From positions 1 through 13,466 of the forward strand of contig WBXG01000049.1 of NCBI GenBank assembly GCA_008932965.1: a stretch of 13,466 bases of DNA, given 5' to 3'. Of the stretch, positions 1 to 5,785 are shown piece after piece (the stretch's first letter is position 1; the number at the start of each line of letters is the position of its first letter). The stretch comes from Verrucomicrobiota bacterium. GTDB lineage: Bacteria; Verrucomicrobiota; Verrucomicrobiia; Chthoniobacterales; UBA6821. A model generated the notes under the pieces. The model saw only the letters and a program-made list of their open reading frames with translations, searched no databases and was not told the DNA's origin. The position numbers were made by a program, and so were the translations under genes.

Positions 1-131
1 GTACAAGGCGGGCGAAGGATTGGGATGCCGGGCTGTATGTTTCATACTGCCCAAATCACAATTCGAGACCAACGCAGTAATGATGAGCTTTCCACAAGCC
101 GTAATAGATTTAGTGTGAAATATGCGGGCTA
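1..131 (+). repeat. MITE-like intergenic repeat, copy A (family core about 27-129; the 26-bp left flank is shared with copy B; may extend beyond the window start)
   Basis: By eye it aligns over its full length to 411-540 (about three quarters identical) and to the reverse complement of 8611-8709. It has TIR-like ends: GCCGGGCTGTATGTTTCATAC at 27-47 and GTGTGAAATATGCGGGC at 113-129, followed by TA (130-131). The internal core ATTCGAGACCAACGCAGTA lies at 61-79. Confidence 0.7.
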
Positions 132-154
132 GTGTTCATGAGCAATGAGCTGTT

Positions 155-244
155 TGGTGGATGGGGAGGGATTCGAACCCTCGGTGCCGATTAAGGCACA
201 CACGCTTTCCAAGCGAGCGCATTCGACCACTCTGCCACCCATCC
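155..244 (-). tRNA. tRNA-Ser (anticodon GGA), class II with a long variable arm and an encoded CCA end
   Basis: The reverse complement reads GGATGGG-TG-GCA-GAGTGGTCGAA-TGC-G-CTCGC-TTGGAAA-GCGTG-TGTGCCTTAATCGGCACC-GAGGG-TTCGAAT-CCCTC-CCCATCC-A-CCA. The acceptor stem has 7 perfect bp, the T loop is TTCGAAT, and the variable arm stem is GTGCC/GGCAC. The anticodon loop is U-U-GGA-A-A. The arm-by-arm layout parallels E. coli tRNA-Ser(GGA) as I remember it. Confidence 0.9.
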
Positions 245-410
245 ATAAAAAAACAGCTGATTACCCCTAAACGGAAGCATCGCTGAAGGCAAGGATATCG
301 TAAAAAATTATTAAAAATTAAAGGTTTCATCAAAGACACTATTTTTGTAGAGTTATGGGATCCCTATATTTTTCACTGAAGTGTTATGAGGCGCTGTGAA
401 AAGCTTATTA

Positions 411-540
411 GTGCAAGGTGGGTGAAGAATGGTGATACCGAGCTGTATGAGTACATATGCTACAATTATCATTCGAGACCAACGCAGTAGCCATAGAGCA
501 TTACATAAGCCTTAATAAATTAAGTGTGAAATTTTCGGTT
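411..540 (+). repeat. MITE-like intergenic repeat, copy B (degenerate direct repeat of copy A)
   Basis: It is colinear with 1-131. Block-by-block comparison gives 7-10 of 10 matches in most 10-mers, and the 19-mer ATTCGAGACCAACGCAGTA (471-489) is identical. Both TIR regions are decayed (GTACATATGC, GTGTGAAATTTTCGGTT). The copy ends about 40 bp upstream of the nuoG start. Confidence 0.65.
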
Positions 541-579
541 TAACTTCTTCATTTTAACTTTAATTGCCGCGTTGCGGCC

Positions 580-2238
580 ATGACTTCACGCATGAGTTCT
601 TCCACTACTGAAAATATTATGGTCAATGTTCAGATTGATGGTGCCTGGAAACAATTTCCGAAAGGAACTCGTTTGATTGAAGCTTGTCAACAATCAGGGC
701 ACCATATTCCCCACTACTGCTATCATCCGAAATTAAGTATTCCTGGCAACTGCAGGATGTGTTTGGTCGAGACAGGATCTCCTAAAATGTCTCCGGATCG
801 GAAGCCTGAGTTAGGAGAAGATGGACATCCTTTAATTAACTGGAGTCCGCGTCCGTCGATTTCATGTGCTTTGGAAGTTTCTGAAGGAATGGCAGTGCGT
901 ACCAGTTCTCCACTGGTGGAAGAATGTCGCAAAGGAGTGATGGAATTTTTACTGATCAATCATCCCCTTGATTGCACCATTTGCGATAAGGCTGGAGAGT
1001 GTCGCCTTCAAGAGTTTTCTGTAGAGTATGGCCAAGGTGGCTCCCAATTTCATGAAGATAAAGTTAAAAAACCAAAACATGTCGATATTGGAAAACATAT
1101 TATTCTTGATGACGAACGCTGCATCCTTTGCTCCCGCTGCATTCGGTTCATGCAAGAAATTGCCCACGATGATGTGCTTGGCTTTATCGATCGTGGAAGC
1201 CACACCACATTGACCGTACATCCTGGAAAACGTCTCGATAACAACTATTCCCTTAACACGGTTGATATCTGTCCTGTCGGTGCACTGACCTCAAAAGATT
1301 TCCGTTTTAAAATGCGTGTCTGGTTTTTAAAAGAGACTAAGACGATCGATGTGAGCTGTGGGACTGGATGTAACATCATTATTAGCAGTCGTGAAAATAA
1401 AATTTACCGAATCACTCCTCGTCAAAATGAGGAGGTCAATTCGTATTGGATGCCTGACTCACATCGTCTCAATTACACTTACCTGCACCGTGAGGACCGT
1501 CTCAAAGAAATATTTGTTCGTCATGATGAGAGACTCAAGAAAGCTTCTTGGTCAGAAGCATTGAACGCAACTCAGAGCGCTCTTAAGGATGAACCAGCTG
1601 GATCAATTGCTATGATTGCTTCAGGACGGATGACCAATGAGGAGCTTTTTCTTGCACGTCGTCTTGCGAAAGTTCTCAAGGTCGAACTTATGGATATTCG
1701 CCCTCGTTCGCAAGAGGGGGATGGTTTTTTAATTTCCAAAGATGGTAATCCTAACACGCGAGGCGCCCAGTTAATGGGACTTACAGGAGAGAAACCTGGG
1801 GAGTGTTTAAAAGCAATTCAAGCAGGGATTGATTCCGGCAAGATTACTTCCCTCTTATGTTTGCACGAAAATGCCCTTAGCGCTGGAATATCAACTACTG
1901 CATTAGAGAAGTTAAAAAATCTCATTGTTGTTGATATTTTACCGAATGCCACCACCGAGCTTGCCTCGATCCTCCTACCTGGTTCGGCTCCAGCTGAAAA
2001 ACGGGGCTCCATGATTAATGTCAAGGGTCGTCTTCAGCGTCTTAATCAAGCGATTCAAGCTCCTGGGGAGGCGCGTGATGATTGGGAGATTCTGCGTGAT
2101 CTTTTAGAGCTTTTTTCCAAGCAGCCAGTTGCTTCGACACTAGAATCTCTTTTTAGTGAAATGGCGGCATCCACTTCCTCCATTCAAGGACTCAATTTTG
2201 GAAAGATCGGGGATCTTGGTATTGATCTTCATTCTTAG
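580..2238 (+). CDS. nuoG: NADH-quinone oxidoreductase subunit G (short form, 539-552 aa)
   Basis: - The N-terminal 2Fe-2S ferredoxin-like region carries C-x10-C-x2-C (HYCYHPKLSIPGNCRMCLVE).
- The HPLDCTICDKAGEC motif has the H-x3-C-x2-C-x5-C pattern of cluster N5.
- CILCSRCIRF plus DICPVGAL match the 4Fe-4S cluster N4.
- A molybdopterin-oxidoreductase-like C-terminal domain follows.
- The true start may be the ATG at 619 (MVNVQIDG...), which matches usual NuoG N-termini better than 580. Confidence 0.85.
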   Translation: MTSRMSSSTTENIMVNVQIDGAWKQFPKGTRLIEACQQSGHHIPHYCYHPKLSIPGNCRMCLVETGSPKMSPDRKPELGEDGHPLINWSPRPSISCALEVSEGMAVRTSSPLVEECRKGVMEFLLINHPLDCTICDKAGECRLQEFSVEYGQGGSQFHEDKVKKPKHVDIGKHIILDDERCILCSRCIRFMQEIAHDDVLGFIDRGSHTTLTVHPGKRLDNNYSLNTVDICPVGALTSKDFRFKMRVWFLKETKTIDVSCGTGCNIIISSRENKIYRITPRQNEEVNSYWMPDSHRLNYTYLHREDRLKEIFVRHDERLKKASWSEALNATQSALKDEPAGSIAMIASGRMTNEELFLARRLAKVLKVELMDIRPRSQEGDGFLISKDGNPNTRGAQLMGLTGEKPGECLKAIQAGIDSGKITSLLCLHENALSAGISTTALEKLKNLIVVDILPNATTELASILLPGSAPAEKRGSMINVKGRLQRLNQAIQAPGEARDDWEILRDLLELFSKQPVASTLESLFSEMAASTSSIQGLNFGKIGDLGIDLHS

Positions 2239-2252
2239 AAGACCGGGGTTAG

Positions 2253-2275
2253 CTCGGGTATTCCGAGATTTTTTT
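2253..2275 (+). terminator. Candidate rho-independent terminator downstream of nuoG
   Basis: The stem is CTCGG (2253-2257) / CCGAG (2263-2267) with loop GTATT, followed by A and a run of seven T (2269-2275). It starts 15 nt after the nuoG stop. The stem is only 5 bp, so the call is moderate. Confidence 0.45.
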
Positions 2276-2299
2276 GTGTGATCACATCATGACCCTTAC

Positions 2300-4702
2300 T
2301 TATTGGGATGAATCTATTCCATCCCAAAAAAGCTGAGCAGCATGTTGCCAATTACGCTCCGCAACACGTGTACGAGCTTTGAGACCCCATTCTTGTCTAG
2401 TTTCCTGTTCAAGAGTGAGACGTTTTATTGCTTGAGTGAGGGCATCAAGATCCAAACCTTTCACGATGAGACCATCTTCATTGTGGTGGATGAGATCTTT
2501 AGGTCCCCCCACATCGGAAACAATAACCGGCAATCCGCTTGCTTGTGCTTCAATAACAACATTACCAAAGGTATCTGTGGTGCTAGGAAAAACAAAAAAG
2601 TCAGCGGAGGCGTAGGCCGTTGCTAATGCTTCACCGTGCAATGCTCCTACAAAAAGTCCCTCAGGCAAGAGTTCCTTCATAGTTGATAAATAGGGGCCAT
2701 GGCCTACAAAAAGAGGTCTTACTTTCACTCCTTGGGAGAGTAATCGGCGAAAAGCAGCAGCTAGGAGATCGAGATTTTTTTCGCGGGAGATACGTCCCAC
2801 GTAGAGGGCACCAATCTCTCCAGGCTGCAAGCCATGGTCTCTCCAGAAAGAGCTCTCTTGTTTAGTAGGATGAAAAAAAATGGTATCGAGTCCTCGGGGT
2901 AAAATTTTAATTTTTTCTACTGGAAAACCGCGTTCTATCCAGCAGCGGCGATAATGCTCCGAGTTAACATAGATAAGATCCATCTGGGCATAGAACCAAT
3001 GCATGTAATTCCACGTTAGTGTTTCCATTAATCCATCTTCAGTGAGAATACGAACATACTGGGGAAAATCTGTATGATAAATTCCTACCGTCGGTAACCC
3101 TAAAATCTTTGCAGCGCACAGTGCTCCTAGTCCTACAGGCCCAGGAGTACTAATAATTACCTCACTAAATTTTTTTCGCTCAAGGTAATCAATGATTGGT
3201 AAAAGGGGGGGGAAACTGAGTTTCTGTAATTCATATTCTGGTAATTCGAATTCACCAATAGGCTCAAAATTTTTGATTGGAATTTCTGGAACAGTAACAG
3301 CAACCCTCGATACCATCACTGTGAGATCATGACCTAAGGATACCGTTGCTGCAGTCATTTTTTGAATGGTGGTAGAGACACCATTGACATCATCTAAGGT
3401 GTCTGTAAACCAGGCTCGGCGGCTTTTGCTAAGGATCTCTGGAACCTGCTTGCGCATAGCTGCGGCTGCTTCTCTCAACTGTTTTAAAGGAACTCTGCGA
3501 AAAGCATAAAAATAGGGACTTAGCAATGCTAGGAGAGGAATAACAGGGCTGACCATCTGGATGCTCTCCAAAAAGTGTCCGCTTTTGAGCTGGGCGAGAA
3601 ATTGAAGAATAAAACGGTAAGCCAAACGGCTTGCAAGAAGGTTTGCTGTTTGAAAAGCACGACGGCTGGGATCCTTCTCTTGATCAACATAACGGGCAAG
3701 GTCCGCTTTCATCGAGGTCCCAGAAAGAGAGTTGGATAATTCCTTCCAGAGTGAATGATTTCCAGTGCGTGCGAGTTCAAAAATTTTACCACTAACAACA
3801 CCTTGCATCAGAAAACTTATTTTTTCTCTTGCTGAAAAAACGGTAGGATCTTTTCCCTCCATGAATCGACCAAATGCTTTTTCTAAGAGTTGTAATCCTA
3901 GATTTTCTTTCTTGCCGCTCCAATGCTCTTTTGCAAAAGAAAAAGCAACTTGATAGGTATCCAGAGCTAACGAGGAAGGGCTTCCACTAGAACCATGTTT
4001 TTGAAGATGGCCTAATCGAAATTGATGAAAAAATCGCTCAATGGTGGGAGCATTTTTTATTTCAGTATAAGTGGAGCCCATCATTCTTGCTCCATGATCA
4101 TCAGAACCACCAAAAAAATATTTTTTCCATGGCTCTTCATGTGTTGGAGAAATACCTGTGATTTCCACAAAACGCTCAATATCACCGGGGGTGAGGGAAA
4201 ATAAAAAAAGTGTCACTTCATGTAAGAAAGCATCATAGCGCCCATTGAGTCCCTCCACATGTCGAAATAAAAGTGCCAGCTTCATGAGATGATGAGGCTG
4301 TAGTTGATCTATGAGTCCCATCAAAGGAGCCGCTACTCCATGAGCAATCGCTTCAGATGCGAGATAGTGCTGTAGCTCATAAATGTTCTCTTTGAGCTTT
4401 TGAATAGATCGATGCTGCTCTTCGGTGATATTCCAAACAAGGAGAGAGATATGACATCCATCCTCAGGAAAAACAGCACTCACTTGTTCACTTAGGAAAA
4501 CATTTTTTAAATCTGCAATCTCCAAGCATGCATCAATGGAATTATAATCAGTGAAAGTAAAAAAATCCATTCCTGCATCACGTAGCTTTGTATAAAGCTT
4601 GCGTGGTTGAGACATGCTCGCAGGAACTCCCAAGCGCCGGAGTAGCCACTCGGAAGAACGTTTGCTGTGGCAGGTATGAAGATGAAGGTCAACTTTTGAC
4701 AT
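2300..4702 (-). CDS. Fusion protein: N-terminal PHP (polymerase/histidinol-phosphatase) domain, central linker with a hydrophobic segment, C-terminal GT4 (group 1) glycosyltransferase
   Basis: - PHP motifs present: VDLHLHTCHS, CHISLL and GGSDDHG.
- GT4 N-lobe start: FTDTLDDVNGVS.
- GT4 C-lobe: GRISREKN ... FPSTTDTFGNVVIEAQASGLPVIVSDVGGPKDLI (E-x7-E type).
- The ORF track starts at a TTG (4714). I prefer the in-frame ATG at 4702 (MSKVDLHLHT). Confidence 0.8.
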   Translation of the reverse strand: MSKVDLHLHTCHSKRSSEWLLRRLGVPASMSQPRKLYTKLRDAGMDFFTFTDYNSIDACLEIADLKNVFLSEQVSAVFPEDGCHISLLVWNITEEQHRSIQKLKENIYELQHYLASEAIAHGVAAPLMGLIDQLQPHHLMKLALLFRHVEGLNGRYDAFLHEVTLFLFSLTPGDIERFVEITGISPTHEEPWKKYFFGGSDDHGARMMGSTYTEIKNAPTIERFFHQFRLGHLQKHGSSGSPSSLALDTYQVAFSFAKEHWSGKKENLGLQLLEKAFGRFMEGKDPTVFSAREKISFLMQGVVSGKIFELARTGNHSLWKELSNSLSGTSMKADLARYVDQEKDPSRRAFQTANLLASRLAYRFILQFLAQLKSGHFLESIQMVSPVIPLLALLSPYFYAFRRVPLKQLREAAAAMRKQVPEILSKSRRAWFTDTLDDVNGVSTTIQKMTAATVSLGHDLTVMVSRVAVTVPEIPIKNFEPIGEFELPEYELQKLSFPPLLPIIDYLERKKFSEVIISTPGPVGLGALCAAKILGLPTVGIYHTDFPQYVRILTEDGLMETLTWNYMHWFYAQMDLIYVNSEHYRRCWIERGFPVEKIKILPRGLDTIFFHPTKQESSFWRDHGLQPGEIGALYVGRISREKNLDLLAAAFRRLLSQGVKVRPLFVGHGPYLSTMKELLPEGLFVGALHGEALATAYASADFFVFPSTTDTFGNVVIEAQASGLPVIVSDVGGPKDLIHHNEDGLIVKGLDLDALTQAIKRLTLEQETRQEWGLKARTRVAERNWQHAAQLFWDGIDSSQ

Positions 4703-4808
4703 GGAAGTGACCAATAGAATATGGAATAAAGAGAGAAGGGTGAAGTTTTACTTTCAATTTTTGAAAGCTGCCAACTTGGAACCTAAAAATGTCTTTACTG
4801 CAAAAGCT

Positions 4809-4852
4809 GGGATGTGAGATAGATGCTGCGTTAGCCCGGATATTTCATACTG
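4809..4852 (+). repeat. Repeat-family fragment C1: chimeric junction plus a solo left TIR
   Basis: GGGATGTGAGATAGATGCTGCG (4809-4830) is followed by T, TA, then GCCCGGATATTTCATACTG (4834-4852). The same two modules occur at 10568-10629. The TIR part matches the left end of the 12925-13147 element. Confidence 0.6.
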
Positions 4853-5606
4853 AGCGTAACCACGATTCATAGGTCATTGGAGTACGATCTTTCATGGCTC
4901 TTTTGATACTGTAGAGAAGATGCGATTGAATAGCTGGATATTTCCAATCCACTGGATGGAGACTCACCCGCAGGAGAGGCCACTTTTGATAGGTGGCATA
5001 TTGAAACAGCAATTCATTCCAAATAAGGCTTACGATCCGTCTCCATGCGGAACGGACACTGTACACCATGCTTTGAGAAGGAAAAAAACGAGATGGTTTT
5101 TTCCGAAGATCGATGATTCCCTTCAATCGTGTTGTATATAGAAATCCTTCATCAGCGACAGCATGTTCTGCCTCTTTTGCAAGCAGCCATGCAGGAGCAA
5201 TAAAGCCAAAAAGCTGTGAGGTGTCACAACCAACCTGTTGCAATACTCCCTTACCCATCTTCAACAACCTGCTAGCCTGTTCGTAATCGAGGTCATAAAA
5301 TTCTCCTTCACCTGCAGTATAGAACTCTGTCATCAAGCGCTTGGAGGCTCGATCATTCGTGGAGGGAGCTCTGAGATGATGATAACCGTGTAACACGATT
5401 TCATGTCCATGGTGAGCTTGCTCCTCAAGCCATGTCACAAAGCTAGGAAATTGAGAAATGAGAAAATGATGATGATAGTCTGGTATCACGAGGAGGGAAC
5501 AACGAGTAATGCCGATAAGACGGAGTTCTTCGAGTTGTTGGGTGACTATTGCTTGTGTCTGAGGAGAGACATCGTGTAGGGAAATGACGAGCGTGTTGCT
5601 TTTCAT
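4845..5606 (-). CDS. DUF2334-type protein (polysaccharide deacetylase / glycoside hydrolase-deacetylase superfamily)
   Basis: Family-typical blocks recalled from DUF2334 members: LVISLHDVSP, LLVIPDYHH, EIVLHGYHH, GEGEFYDL, FIAPAWLL and GFLYTT. The track start at 5690 is a TTG. The ATG at 5606 (MKSNTLVISLHDVSP) fits the family N-terminus better. The last codons and the stop lie inside repeat C1. Confidence 0.7.
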   Translation of the reverse strand: MKSNTLVISLHDVSPQTQAIVTQQLEELRLIGITRCSLLVIPDYHHHFLISQFPSFVTWLEEQAHHGHEIVLHGYHHLRAPSTNDRASKRLMTEFYTAGEGEFYDLDYEQASRLLKMGKGVLQQVGCDTSQLFGFIAPAWLLAKEAEHAVADEGFLYTTRLKGIIDLRKKPSRFFPSQSMVYSVRSAWRRIVSLIWNELLFQYATYQKWPLLRVSLHPVDWKYPAIQSHLLYSIKRAMKDRTPMTYESWLRSV

Positions 5607-5742
5607 GAAAGGGAAAAAAGTAACCGGTAACGAGTAATAGGTAGCGAGTCCAGAATTTTTTGATGATTCGGTCGTATTTGCCTGAGGCAAGCGTATGAAC
5701 TCGTTTCCACGGGAGCCATTACTTTTCTTGATTCATTTGCAA

Positions 5743-5770
5743 TTGAGTCAGATCTCTGTAAAGTTATAAG
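5743..5770 (+). promoter_or_regulatory. Candidate sigma70-like promoter for ftsH
   Basis: TTGAGT (5743-5748), a 16-bp spacer, then TATAAG (5765-5770), lying 15 bp upstream of the ftsH ATG in the divergent intergenic region. This is a motif match only, and it would imply a very short leader. Confidence 0.25.
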
Positions 5771-5785
5771 AATTCATAAATTTTC

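Noticed and set aside
136-339. 67-aa ORF on the minus strand
   Set aside because: It runs straight through the tRNA-Ser gene (155-244). The sequence is Cys/Arg-rich and not protein-like, so it is an artefact of the structured RNA gene.
1-580. Integrated genomic island or prophage at tRNA-Ser, with the direct repeats acting as att sites
   Set aside because: Only 280 bp lie between the repeats, and they contain nothing but the tRNA. There is no integrase or cargo, and the repeats belong to the dispersed family rather than being a duplicated tRNA 3' end.
4703-4714. TTG start at 4714 for the PHP-GT4 gene, and TTG start at 5690 for the DUF2334 gene, as in the ORF track
   Set aside because: In-frame ATGs at 4702 and 5606 give N-termini (MSKVDLHLHT, MKSNTLVISLHDVSP) that match how these domain families usually begin. 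The extra residues upstream have no recognisable function. This remains uncertain because no ribosome-binding site is available to arbitrate.
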